This document shows, in pieces, positions 46,686 to 56,807 of a DNA stretch of 64,000 nt. A program made the position numbers and the translations under genes. The notes under the pieces are model-generated. The model was not told the origin of the DNA. It searched no databases and saw nothing but the letters and a program-made list of their open reading frames with translations. How positions within the stretch are numbered: the first letter of the stretch is position 1; each line of letters opens with the position of its first letter. Origin of the DNA: Ignavibacteriota bacterium (GTDB lineage: Bacteria; Bacteroidota; Ignavibacteria; Palsa-1295); contig CAWBEI010000002.1 of NCBI GenBank assembly GCA_963787835.1, positions 416,001 to 480,000 on the forward strand, read 5' to 3'.

Positions 46686-49292
46686 CTTAGCTCTTATAAC
46701 ATCATCCGCAAAAGCATCATTACTACGAAGGCTCTCCAGTTGACTTGCGACAGCAGCCGCAACGCGGGGCGCGCTTGCATTTACTATTATTTTGTCGCCA
46801 TCGATAGCCAAAAGATCAGGAATCAAAATTGACAAACCCTTTGCAACAGCAAGTACATCGTCCTGCTTTACTCCAACTGCATTAAGTTCATCTCTGCATA
46901 TGAGTGCTATTGTACTGGCAGAGAGAGCGTCCGGTATTTTCCGCTTGAGTTTTTCTAAAGCTTGTAGGAAAATATCGAATGTCAATGGTCTGCTATCTTT
47001 TAAATCAGTTTTGAGCTTGATTATCCACTGCGAAACCAATTCAGGATCGTGGAATTCAAAAAGCTTCTTAATCTTTGTGAGCGGTATCGCCCCGTATTCT
47101 ACCGTGTATTCTAAGAGCTTGCCCAAATCGGATGCTTTCATTGGGGTAACTTTTTGCTGTTCGCAACGAGTAACTAAGGCACCTTCAGTGAACCCTGGCG
47201 CAACAACCAGCGCGTAAGTTGCTCCATATCTTTCCCTATGCTCCACGATGCCATCAAGTTTTATGTTGCCAGTTGAGGCTTCGTCATGCTTTGAGCTCTT
47301 AGCGTCGAAAGAGAAGCTGTAAAGGGGAGGGTTGGGTTGCTTTACGGTTGGAGTGCTGGTTGTTGGCAAAGGAAATGCCCTTGCGATTCCTTCTGGTTCT
47401 CCCGATTTAGCAAGATCTTGTACATCAAACCCAATATAGCGCAGTGCATCAGAGAGAACGGCTTCAAGGTACTTCCAATTCTTACTATCATGTTGTGTTT
47501 GGAGAAGTAACTGTGCAATATGTGCGCCGGATTGTCTCCGTTGCATGGCTTGAAAGCGCATTAACTTGTCGCGATATTCCCTTAAACTATTTAACGACTC
47601 TGGATCAATTCCAATATCGAGGGCATACATATCGGAAAGAAGGTTAACCATAGCAATCGTTCGCAATAGTTCCTTCTCTCGTTTTGAATGCGAATATTCA
47701 GCAACGAAAGGATGTTGCTTGTTTACAACAATAGTGCTGTCAGATATCCGGAATTTCACGAAACTTCCATCGTCCGAATTCTCATATTTTACCTCATTAA
47801 GCGCAGTCGTGATGTTTTCCGCTGTATTCTCTCGCCAAGATTTGCGTCGCTCTTCCCGATTCGGGATGTTCGTCTCATCAAAAAGACCAGGCAAGGGAGC
47901 CTCCGTGCGGAGTGTCTGTGATACAACGTTTCTAAGGGGGTTTAGAGAAAGTACGCCTAATGACTTGACCAATATATCTCCACCATGAGGCATCATGGCA
48001 CTCTTGTCGCTGTCATATTCAGTCCTGACTTTATTAAAGACCCGCCTAAGAAAGGCACGGAAAATCTTTAATTCCCTCGATTCGCGGAGCTTCTCTCTAT
48101 CCGTTGTAAGAAATTCATTCAGCCCATCTGCCCTAACTGTCATTCGGAAACGGCCCCACGCTGCATGACTCAGATTTTTTTCACCAAAGCTCGGATCATT
48201 CTGATTAACCACGCGCCCAAGCACGTTTACAAAAAAACCTGTCGACGAGCTTCTCTCTTCGCTCTTGCCGGTAAACGGCTCCTGGAATAGTACGACTGTC
48301 CCCGTCACCATTCCCAATCCAGGTATCGAAACATGAGGCAGCGGATTATTGCTCGATTGAATCGGTACCTTTGCCTCCTCGTCGTCGCTCCCATCTCCTT
48401 CGTTAATTTCGATTGAATCAATTCCAAGACTTGGGCCAAGTATCCACTCCGCGATCTTAGGAGCAGCAATTTTAGAAGATGAGAGAAGATCGCCGTTTAA
48501 AGAGATTGCCATTTCGCTTCCGAATGGCAATGCCGCCTCAAGCATGCGACGAAGAATTCCTATCTTTAGTCCTTTGGCGATTGGCTTCAGATCGGATAAT
48601 ACAACCAGCGTCCAAGTTCCGTCAGTACTCCTCTTAAGAGCTGACTCAGGAGCGCCGAACTCATCTTCACTTAAATCACCAGCAGGGCGCGGGAACTTGT
48701 TTTGAATAAGTTTGAGAATTTCATCCCCGCCATACACAGTTTTAATGGCGGAAGTTAACTCCGATTCGGTAACCTCATAAAGGGGGATTTGTAAATCGGT
48801 AATCAAATGCGCAGACCCGCTTTGGTTTTGACGGGGAATCTTACCATAATCCATAGTAACCCGTCTAATTTTGCCATCCGAAGCTTTGCAAATATACGTG
48901 AGTTTGCCAGCTAGCACGTAAGTCGCCAACTTGCCTATTCCAAATTTGCCAATTATTTGCCGTCCGAACTCTTCCTTTTTTCCCTCCTTTGGTGAGAATG
49001 CTATATGCCAAAGTTGGCGTAATCCTTCTTCGTTCATTGATGCGCCGTTATCGAGAACCGACATAGTAGCATTCGGCTCATCAAGGTTCTCAGATATCCT
49101 AACATCAACACAATCAGCTCCTGCATCCCACCCGTTTGAAATTAGTTCTTCAAAGGCCTTTTGCGGTGAAGAGTACAAATGCTCACTAAATTGCTCTAGA
49201 AAGCGAGTACCCAGCTCCACTGGGATTTTTACCACCTCCTGTCCTATTGTTTCGGGCGTATCGTTTTTCATTAGGGCAGTAACTGAACTCAT
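46635..49292 (-). CDS. GHKL/MORC-type ATPase with a C-terminal PD-(D/E)xK-like nuclease domain
   Basis: ELISNGWDA, DNGASM, GKFGIGKLA, GT; C-terminal SGEPEGIA...FSFDAKSS; start at 49292 or 49271. Confidence 0.8.
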   Translation of the reverse strand: MSSVTALMKNDTPETIGQEVVKIPVELGTRFLEQFSEHLYSSPQKAFEELISNGWDAGADCVDVRISENLDEPNATMSVLDNGASMNEEGLRQLWHIAFSPKEGKKEEFGRQIIGKFGIGKLATYVLAGKLTYICKASDGKIRRVTMDYGKIPRQNQSGSAHLITDLQIPLYEVTESELTSAIKTVYGGDEILKLIQNKFPRPAGDLSEDEFGAPESALKRSTDGTWTLVVLSDLKPIAKGLKIGILRRMLEAALPFGSEMAISLNGDLLSSSKIAAPKIAEWILGPSLGIDSIEINEGDGSDDEEAKVPIQSSNNPLPHVSIPGLGMVTGTVVLFQEPFTGKSEERSSSTGFFVNVLGRVVNQNDPSFGEKNLSHAAWGRFRMTVRADGLNEFLTTDREKLRESRELKIFRAFLRRVFNKVRTEYDSDKSAMMPHGGDILVKSLGVLSLNPLRNVVSQTLRTEAPLPGLFDETNIPNREERRKSWRENTAENITTALNEVKYENSDDGSFVKFRISDSTIVVNKQHPFVAEYSHSKREKELLRTIAMVNLLSDMYALDIGIDPESLNSLREYRDKLMRFQAMQRRQSGAHIAQLLLQTQHDSKNWKYLEAVLSDALRYIGFDVQDLAKSGEPEGIARAFPLPTTSTPTVKQPNPPLYSFSFDAKSSKHDEASTGNIKLDGIVEHRERYGATYALVVAPGFTEGALVTRCEQQKVTPMKASDLGKLLEYTVEYGAIPLTKIKKLFEFHDPELVSQWIIKLKTDLKDSRPLTFDIFLQALEKLKRKIPDALSASTIALICRDELNAVGVKQDDVLAVAKGLSILIPDLLAIDGDKIIVNASAPRVAAAVASQLESLRSNDAFADDVIRAKSRLHQSDNHLFAHTPI

Positions 49293-49449
49293 TGGATGAC
49301 AGTGCCCGCAAAAAAACAAATGTGCCCAGCTCTTTACTTTCGTCCCTTCGAGACCATCATATTCTACTTCGCTCCCCCTATAAATCCGTATTTTTGCATA
49401 AATTTTCATTCCACTTCTGGCTATTTGGTGCAATAACGGCGTACACTTC

Positions 49450-50013
49450 ATGCAAACCTTACATTTCAAAACATCTGCGGATTTCCGGCAGTGGCTGGAG
49501 AAGAACCACACGGGATCAGGTGGTATATGGTTACGCATGTTCAAAAAAGATTCACAGGAACGATCCCTGACGTATGCGGAAGCGCTCGATCAGGCGCTTT
49601 GCTATGGTTGGATCGATGGCCAGAAAAAGCCCTTCGACGAACTATCATGGCTGCAGAAATTTACACCGAGACGCCCCAAAAGCGGGTGGTCGAAAATAAA
49701 CACGCAGCATGTGGAGCGCCTTATCGAGGCTGGAACTATGACACCCGCAGGAATGAAAGCGGTTGAAGCAGCAAAGTCCGATGGCCGGTGGGAGATCGCA
49801 TATAGTTCATCCAGAAGCGCTGCCCCGCCGGAAGATTTTCTGAAGGAGTTGAGTAAAAATAAAAAAGCAGAAGCCTTTTTTAAAACATTGAACAAAGCAA
49901 ATGTGTATTCGATCGTGTATCGTCTTGAAACGGCAAAGAAGCCGGAAACCAGAGAAAAGCGGATGAAGACGATCCTTGCCATGCTGGAGCAAGGCACAGC
50001 ATTTCATCCTTGA
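49450..50013 (+). CDS. YdeI/OmpD-associated (bacteriocin-protection) family protein
   Basis: ALCYGWIDG, FTPRRPKSGWSKIN, AKKPETREKR. Confidence 0.9.
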   Translation: MQTLHFKTSADFRQWLEKNHTGSGGIWLRMFKKDSQERSLTYAEALDQALCYGWIDGQKKPFDELSWLQKFTPRRPKSGWSKINTQHVERLIEAGTMTPAGMKAVEAAKSDGRWEIAYSSSRSAAPPEDFLKELSKNKKAEAFFKTLNKANVYSIVYRLETAKKPETREKRMKTILAMLEQGTAFHP

Positions 50014-50368
50014 TCCTACGTTATTTTGGGTACCTTATAATTTTTTACCCGTGTTGGGTAAAATAGCGATCGACCCGGTGGTTGACCCCGACCGAAGAGC
50101 GATTATTATTGTGTATGCCGTGAGTTCCTTGTGAAGGAGGAAATTGAGTGGCTTGGAGCATTCATTCATGAGAGATCGTTTTCATGCATTCTCTAGACTT
50201 CTTCTCTGCGATAGTTTCATCAGATGGGTCAACAAGGATCCGGAGTTGGCGCCGGTGTAATGGGGGGGAACATAATCCCCAGGATAGTTTGATGGGATTG
50301 CCCCGACGATCCACAGTATAAACTGCACTCTTACAGCCCACGTAGACTCTCTGTGCGTTGCATAAAAA

Positions 50369-50890
50369 TCATCTGATTTTATGATATAGTCCAAGTCCTG
50401 TATCGATTCGTTGAACCGTATTGTAAGGAAGAACGGGCTCCAACATAATTCCTGACGAATGACCGTCATAAAGAAGGTTCAAAGCAAGATAATATAATAT
50501 TGAGTCGCTCCTCTTATAACCCAACAGGGTTACCACCCAAAATCGTGAATCGTTCTCCGATTGATCATGAACCGCTGAAGCTGTCGTATCAAACGAGGCG
50601 AATCTATAATGGATTGTATTCTCCGATCTCGTTCTCATGAAAAACTTATCGGTATCCCATTCTCCGCCGGGATAGCGGTGCAAATACGATCCACGGTAAT
50701 CTATTCCTACTTGCTGCACGTCGTGTAAAAAGATTAAAGTGTCATCTTTATTTGGTATGAGCACAAACGTTCCATATACGTCATCTCGACTCGGGAAATA
50801 GGGAGTGCATGATCCAACGATCAGGAGCAAGAATGCTAAAATTCTGCCATATTTGTTTGGATCATGCCTATACCGTTCCATCGATTCCAT
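50369..50890 (-). CDS. Hypothetical lipoprotein-like ORF; start uncertain
   Basis: RILAFLLLIVGSC lipobox-like segment within ORF 50369..51181, whose 5' part overlaps the RHH gene. Confidence 0.4.
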   Translation of the reverse strand: MESMERYRHDPNKYGRILAFLLLIVGSCTPYFPSRDDVYGTFVLIPNKDDTLIFLHDVQQVGIDYRGSYLHRYPGGEWDTDKFFMRTRSENTIHYRFASFDTTASAVHDQSENDSRFWVVTLLGYKRSDSILYYLALNLLYDGHSSGIMLEPVLPYNTVQRIDTGLGLYHKIR

Positions 50891-51104
50891 TCGGTCCTCC
50901 GATTGGAATGCAACTACTCTGCTACCGTCCGGGTTCCGACACTTAATTTGGTGTGTATTCGTATCGTAGATAAAATAGCGTCCATAGTAGACCCCTGGTT
51001 TCGGTGTGAGGACATCGGGAGATATTTGATCGCAGGGATCAGGATAAAGTGGAAGATGGGCGTGCCACTGAACCCCCTCGCTGTCTATTGCGTTGAGAAT
51101 TATT

Positions 51105-51323
51105 ATGCAAGATAGCATTACCATATCCATTCCGAAAGAGATCAAGCGGGCTCTAGACCGGGAGCGCAAAGCAAAAGGCATTTCGCGCAGCGCGGTCGTT
51201 TCCGATGCCCTGAAAAAATACCTCGCGCTTCGCGAGATCGCAGAACTCCGTCAAAAGATGATTCCCAAAACGCGCGCGCAGGGCATCTATTCCGATGTGG
51301 ACGTTTTCGCGCGTGTGTCGTGA
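51105..51323 (+). CDS. CopG/ribbon-helix-helix antitoxin-like protein
   Basis: SITISIPKEIKRALD...GISRSAVVSDALKKYL; ends GIYSDVDVF. Confidence 0.85.
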   Translation: MQDSITISIPKEIKRALDRERKAKGISRSAVVSDALKKYLALREIAELRQKMIPKTRAQGIYSDVDVFARVS

Positions 51324-51343
51324 ATGTTGTGTTTCGTTAGTTG

Positions 51344-51400
51344 ACCCAGGGTTCCACTTCGTTCCACCCTGGGCTGCGGGTACTTCGTCCCTCCGGGACT
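51344..51400. repeat. Right arm of the 13267-13490 REP family
   Basis: ACCCAGGGTTCCACTTCGTTCCACCCTGGGCTGCGGGTACTTCGTC nearly matches 13431-13477. Confidence 0.85.
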
Positions 51401-51475
51401 AACATATTCTACTCCGCTCCTAATAAAGCCGTATTTTTGTAGAATATATTTATCACTTCGCACTTACACCCCGCC

Positions 51476-52216
51476 TTGCTCTCCCTAATCATACTTGCTG
51501 ACGTTTCCTCCGGCGATCCGAAGAGCGATTATCTCGGCGTGCTGCTATACACGTTCGGGCTGATCCTGCTTTTTTTTCTGCTGATGAATGTCGATCGGCG
51601 GTTTCGGGAGTATGCGGGGCGCTCCTTAGTACGTCCGTACAATTTCTTTTCGGATATTCGCGACCGGCGGCTTATTCCGAACGCTCAAACGGCAGTTCTT
51701 TCGTTCATTTGCTCCGGCGCGCTGGGGGTATTTCTCGCTACACTCATCATCGGCTTTAACGGACACGAGGCAGCAGGCAGGTATTTCACTGCATTTCTAC
51801 CACGCTCCCTCTATACCACGAATGCCGGCAGCACACTGCCATATTGGGCGCTTATTATTGCCGGCACTGCCTTCGGCTTTGCCGGGAGTGTCCTGTTAGC
51901 AGGACTGATGCGCTTTGCCGCTATGTTTATCCGAGGGCGTTATTACTTTGCCGATGCCTACAACGTGACCGTCTGGTCGCTTCAGCCGCTCGCTTTCCTA
52001 CTGGTGTTCGATCTGCTCCTGCCTCGATTGGAAATGGATCACCAGACTGCCGAGCTATCGCTCCTCCTTCTTGCTGGAATGTTGCTCTGGTGCTATTTCC
52101 GCATTCTCAAAGGCACCGGCGTCCTATTCGACATCTATCCAAGCAAGATCTATGGCTACGGTGCGCTTCTGATTGCCCTACTGATTGGCATCGGTTACGT
52201 ATTTCTTCAAAAGTAA
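51476..52216 (+). CDS. Multi-pass membrane protein (Yip1-like)
   Basis: About six hydrophobic segments; PYNFFSDIRDRR. Confidence 0.65.
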   Translation: MLSLIILADVSSGDPKSDYLGVLLYTFGLILLFFLLMNVDRRFREYAGRSLVRPYNFFSDIRDRRLIPNAQTAVLSFICSGALGVFLATLIIGFNGHEAAGRYFTAFLPRSLYTTNAGSTLPYWALIIAGTAFGFAGSVLLAGLMRFAAMFIRGRYYFADAYNVTVWSLQPLAFLLVFDLLLPRLEMDHQTAELSLLLLAGMLLWCYFRILKGTGVLFDIYPSKIYGYGALLIALLIGIGYVFLQK

Positions 52217-52229
52217 GGAACGGGGGGAG

Positions 52230-52362
52230 AAATTAAGAATTAAGAAGTAAGAATTAAGAATTAGGGCAGGTTTATTATTCCATTTTCTCGTCTCATGAGA
52301 TACTCATCGCTTAATCCGAAATTCCTTTTATTCTTAATTCTTAACTCTTAATTCTTAATTAA
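52230..52362. repeat. Inverted pair of AATTAAG heptamer tracts upstream of smc
   Basis: AATTAAG x4-5 at 52230-52264 and TTCTTAA x4 at 52331-52360. Confidence 0.85.
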
Positions 52363-52363
52363 T

Positions 52364-55300
52364 TTGTATCTTTCCAAATTAGAAATAATCGGTTTCAAGT
52401 CCTTTCCGCAGAAAACCCTGCTGAAATTTGACGCTGGCATGACGGCCATTGTCGGCCCGAACGGCTGCGGTAAATCGAACGTCGTCGATGCCATACGCTG
52501 GGGTCTCGGCGAACAACGCGCCGGGACGCTTCGCTCGGACGTGATGGAGAACGTCATCTTCAATGGCACGCGCACGCGCAAGCCGCTCGGCATGTCGGAG
52601 GTTTCGATCACGATCGAGAACAACAAGGGCATTCTCCCAACCGAATATCAGGAAGTGACGATCACGCGGCGGCTGTTCCGCTCCGGCGAGTCCGAATATC
52701 TGCTGAATAAAGCGCAATGCCGTCTGCGCGACATCGTCGAGCTGTTCATGGATACCGGCATGGGAGCGAACGCATATTCGGTGATCGAGCTGAAGATGAT
52801 CGAGACCATCCTCTCCGATCGCACAGAAGAACGCCGCAAACTTTTCGAAGAAGCCGCGGGCGTCACAAAATACAAAGCGCGTAGAAAAGAAGCGCTACGT
52901 AGATTAGATGAAGTCGCAGCCGATCTCGCCCGCGTCGATGATATTGTAAAAGAAGTAACGAAGACGGTCGCTTCATTAGAACGTCAGGCAGAAAAAGCGA
53001 AAAAACACGCCGAGCTTTCGGCTGAGCTTCGCGCACTTGAAATAGAACTGCTCGAACGCGAGTATTCGCAGACCTCCGAACGAATCGCGCCGCTCATCGC
53101 TGAACTTCAAAACGCCGAATCCACCCGCGACCGCATCACCACCGAACTTTCGAAATACGAAGCCCTGCTCGATGTCATCGAGCGTGAGGAAAATGAGATC
53201 GAGGAGCAGCTTATCGCGTCCGAGCGCTCGGTGAAGGAAAAATCCGAGATCATTCAGCGCACCCGCGAAACTATTATTGCAACCGAAGAGCGCATTCGTT
53301 CCCTTCACGAGCAGAAAGGCCGCGCGACTCAGGAATTCGAACGCCTCGAACGCGAGAAAGTTGAGCTTACAGAACGACTGGCATCGCTTCGTATCGCGTC
53401 AGAACGTGCCGTCGAGAACAAGCAGGAACTCGAAGAAGAAAAGCGAGAGAAGGAACAGATTCGCACCGAAGCGGAGAATGTTGTACGTACTCGCCGCAGC
53501 GAATTACAAAAAGCACGTGACCTGGTTTACTCCCTGCTCACCTCGCGCAACGAACGCTCCAACGAACTCGAACGCCGCAAAGCCCGCATCGAGGAATTAG
53601 AACGCCGCCTCTCGAAATTCGAAGGCGAATATGCGGCGCTGGATGAAAAGCACTCCGGACTCGAAGCAGAATCGGCTAAACTTGCTGGCGAATTAAACAC
53701 TGCGGGAACCCGGATCTCCTCTGCGGAAGCCGAGTATCAATCTGCTCAAGAAAAACAGGAAGCTCTGAAAGCCAAGCTTGAAGAATTGCAAAATTCTTCG
53801 TTCACGGTTCAGAATGAGATTGGCAAGAAGATCTCGAAGATAGAATTCTTCACGGGGCTTGTCGAGCAAGGAATTGGCGCAGGCGAAGGTACGCAATATT
53901 TGCTCTCGGAATCCGGCTGGGCATCAATGGATCCGATCACTGTTGCTGATGCCTTCGATTGCGATTCCGAATATCGCGCCGCCTTTGAAAGCGCGCTCGG
54001 CGAGATCGCATATTATCTTATTGTCGAATCCAGCAAAGATGCATTTGAAGCCGTTGATGTATTGCGGCATTCTCAAAAAGGCAAAGCGACGCTCATCGCT
54101 TTGGATCGGGTTCCAGCGACGACCTCCTCCGCCCCTATATTCCCGAATGGGTCAAAGAGCGCCCTCTCGCTCGCAAAATTTTCGGATCGCTTCCGCAATC
54201 TCTTTACGATGCTACTTTCAGAAATCGCGATCGTAGATTCTATCAAAGCTGGTTTCGATCTGCTCGATTCGGTTTCCGGCATTGAGCGGTGCGTTACAGT
54301 GGATGGCGAAGTAATCACTCGTGCTGGTTTCGTCAAAGGCGGTTCGAAAAAGAGCACCGAGGGAATTTTGATCGGCAAGCGTGACCAAATTCGGGAATTG
54401 GAAGTAGATGTCGCAAATCTCAAGGTGGAACTTAGCCGATACGAAGAAGAGATCGCAGATACGAACCGGGCATTTGAAGCGATCGATGTAAAATCGCTTC
54501 TGGCAGCTGTTCGTCAGGGCGAAGAAGCGCGCCGCACCCTCCAAGTACGTGAAGGTCAGGTACAATATGAGCTAAAACGCATCGGCGAGCAGCGCGAATC
54601 GCTTCAAAATGAAGAATCGCGCATGACGAATGATCGTTCGCCATTGGCAGATTCACTCGGTGCGATCGAAGTAGAAGTAGTAGAATTCGAGCGTCAGCAT
54701 GGCGAAGCGCTCGAAGAATCGGTGAAGTTGCAGCAAATGGTCGAAGAAGCGGAACGATTGCTTGCAGAAGAAGCGGCCCGTTCCACCGAAGCGCAGGTGC
54801 GTTTTGCGGGGCTTGTTTCCGAAGTCTCGCGCTTGGAAAGCGAGACACGCCAGACCGAACGCGCCATCGACAATGCAACCCAACTTGCGGAGCAGCGCCA
54901 GCGCGAACGCGAGCGCGCCGAACGCGATCACACCGAACTTTCCGCAAAGCTTGAAGAATTCCGCACGATGCTTACTGGCTTGGAAGAGCAACTCGTTTCC
55001 GCTACCGGCCGGCATGAGCACGTTGCAGAACTTCGCAAATCCAAGCAAGCCGAAGCACATAAATACCGCGAAGCGCTGCGTGAAGAACGGCAGGAACACG
55101 ATAAGACGATCAACATCACGCATGAACTCCAGATGAAAATTCAGGAGTTGGAACAGAAACTGCGTCAGATCGAAGACCGCGCACGCGAGGAATTTGAAAT
55201 TCAAGCTGTAGAGAAAAAAACATACCCGGAAGAAGATGCATTCAGTTTTGGAGATGCACGCGAACAAGTTCGGGAGCTAAAGCAAAAGGTCAAAAATTTG

Positions 55301-55951
55301 GGTGCGGTCAATCTGCTTGCGTATGATGAATTCCAGACGGAATCCCAACGCCTTGAATTTCTGACGACCCAGCGAAAAGATCTAACCGAAGCGCAGAAAA
55401 ATCTCACCGAGATGATCGAGGAGATCAATACCACGGCGACAACGCAATTTCTCTCCACGTTCGAACAGATCCGTTCGAATTTCCAGGATATTTTCCGTTC
55501 CCTTTTCGCGGAAGGCGATAACTGCGATCTAAATTTAGAAGAAGGAAAAGATCCGCTCGAAGCACAGATCGAAATTCTTGCACAACCGCGTGGAAAGAAG
55601 CCACATTCGATCGAGCTTCTCTCGACCGGCGAAAAAACGCTGACTGCCATTGCACTCCTATTCGCGATCTATCTCGTGAAACCGTCTCCATTCTGCATTC
55701 TGGATGAAGTCGATGCCCCGCTCGATGATAACAGCATCAACCGATTCCTTTCGATCATCCATCGTTTTGCGACAAACACGCAGTTCATCGTGGTTACACA
55801 CAACAAGCGCACCATGGCCGCTGCCGATGCTCTCTATGGCGTGACGCAGGAAGAAGACGGCGTCTCGAAGATCGTGAGCGTGCGGTTGAAAAAAGAAGGA
55901 ATGATCGTGCGCTCGAAAGAGAAGCAATTAGAGATGGCGGAAGCGGTGTAA
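52364..55951 (+). CDS. smc: Chromosome segregation protein SMC
   Basis: GFKSF, GPNGCGKSN, coiled coils, hinge, LSTGEK, LDEVDAPLD. Confidence 0.97.
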   Translation: MYLSKLEIIGFKSFPQKTLLKFDAGMTAIVGPNGCGKSNVVDAIRWGLGEQRAGTLRSDVMENVIFNGTRTRKPLGMSEVSITIENNKGILPTEYQEVTITRRLFRSGESEYLLNKAQCRLRDIVELFMDTGMGANAYSVIELKMIETILSDRTEERRKLFEEAAGVTKYKARRKEALRRLDEVAADLARVDDIVKEVTKTVASLERQAEKAKKHAELSAELRALEIELLEREYSQTSERIAPLIAELQNAESTRDRITTELSKYEALLDVIEREENEIEEQLIASERSVKEKSEIIQRTRETIIATEERIRSLHEQKGRATQEFERLEREKVELTERLASLRIASERAVENKQELEEEKREKEQIRTEAENVVRTRRSELQKARDLVYSLLTSRNERSNELERRKARIEELERRLSKFEGEYAALDEKHSGLEAESAKLAGELNTAGTRISSAEAEYQSAQEKQEALKAKLEELQNSSFTVQNEIGKKISKIEFFTGLVEQGIGAGEGTQYLLSESGWASMDPITVADAFDCDSEYRAAFESALGEIAYYLIVESSKDAFEAVDVLRHSQKGKATLIALDRVPATTSSAPIFPNGSKSALSLAKFSDRFRNLFTMLLSEIAIVDSIKAGFDLLDSVSGIERCVTVDGEVITRAGFVKGGSKKSTEGILIGKRDQIRELEVDVANLKVELSRYEEEIADTNRAFEAIDVKSLLAAVRQGEEARRTLQVREGQVQYELKRIGEQRESLQNEESRMTNDRSPLADSLGAIEVEVVEFERQHGEALEESVKLQQMVEEAERLLAEEAARSTEAQVRFAGLVSEVSRLESETRQTERAIDNATQLAEQRQRERERAERDHTELSAKLEEFRTMLTGLEEQLVSATGRHEHVAELRKSKQAEAHKYREALREERQEHDKTINITHELQMKIQELEQKLRQIEDRAREEFEIQAVEKKTYPEEDAFSFGDAREQVRELKQKVKNLGAVNLLAYDEFQTESQRLEFLTTQRKDLTEAQKNLTEMIEEINTTATTQFLSTFEQIRSNFQDIFRSLFAEGDNCDLNLEEGKDPLEAQIEILAQPRGKKPHSIELLSTGEKTLTAIALLFAIYLVKPSPFCILDEVDAPLDDNSINRFLSIIHRFATNTQFIVVTHNKRTMAAADALYGVTQEEDGVSKIVSVRLKKEGMIVRSKEKQLEMAEAV

Positions 55952-55981
55952 TACGAACCATCCATTACCAAATTTGTGACC

Positions 55982-56572
55982 ATGCCTATTCTGCACAAAC
56001 CAACCAATCCACTTGTTGAAAAATATATCGCGAAATTTAGGCAGGACGAGCGATATGCTCTTGCTGATCAAGCCATCACGAACTTATTCCAGAAATTCCC
56101 TGAGAATAAAATCGTGGAAGATGTTCTTTTGAAAATTAGCGTCATTAATGACCTTTATAGCACGAACATCTATGGAACGTTTAGGATGGCAGAGCATATT
56201 AAAGCTCTTAACATTGATAGCGAATTGCAATCGGGAACCCCACACATCGTAGCTAAGATTGCCACTGGTCACGGCATCATCTCTTCGGCATCAAAGAAGG
56301 AAATCATTTTTTATTCTTTCGCAACAAAATATTGTAGCTGGCATAACCAAAGTGCCTTTCCGATTTATGACAGATTCGTTGGCAGTCTTTTGGAAGCATA
56401 TCGAGACGCTGACCGTTTTGCCAATTTTTCAAAGGAGGACCTAAAGAATTATGAACGATTCAAGAGCATTATTACCGAGTTTAAGGATCATTATGGATTG
56501 ACTCAGGAGAATTTTAAAGGAATTGATAAATTCCTATGGATATACGGGAAGGAATGGAAAGCTCCAAAATGA
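55982..56572 (+). CDS. Conserved-looking hypothetical protein (SFATKYC/PIYD motif, HhH-glycosylase-like by inference)
   Basis: INDLYSTNI, FYSFATKYCSWHN, FPIYDRFV, IDKFLW; AT-rich. Confidence 0.7.
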   Translation: MPILHKPTNPLVEKYIAKFRQDERYALADQAITNLFQKFPENKIVEDVLLKISVINDLYSTNIYGTFRMAEHIKALNIDSELQSGTPHIVAKIATGHGIISSASKKEIIFYSFATKYCSWHNQSAFPIYDRFVGSLLEAYRDADRFANFSKEDLKNYERFKSIITEFKDHYGLTQENFKGIDKFLWIYGKEWKAPK

Positions 56573-56594
56573 AGGGGAGCATCTTCTAATTATT

Positions 56595-56807
56595 TCACGC
56601 TGCCTGTCGAGCTTGATTCTTCCCAGCCGCATCAGGAAGTAATCGGCTCAGATTCCGAAGTTCGAGTTGGACAAGATTGCCATCCTCGCCATATTCTGCG
56701 ACAAGTCCCCCGGAAAATTCCTCGCTATCGGCAATCTCTCCCGGACCAACATGGTCTCGGAGGCGAATGGTCAAAATATCTACTTCACTGTCATAATCGT
56801 AAATCAT
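56595..56807 (-). CDS. DUF2283-family protein (putative antitoxin)
   Basis: YDSEVDILTIRL...EYGEDGNLVQLEL. Confidence 0.8.
   Translation of the reverse strand: MIYDYDSEVDILTIRLRDHVGPGEIADSEEFSGGLVAEYGEDGNLVQLELRNLSRLLPDAAGKNQARQAA

Noticed and set aside
49293-49544. 5' extension of the 969-aa ATPase ORF
   Set aside because: Overlaps the divergent ydeI-like gene and its promoter-like TATTTTTG; the real start is probably 49292 or 49271
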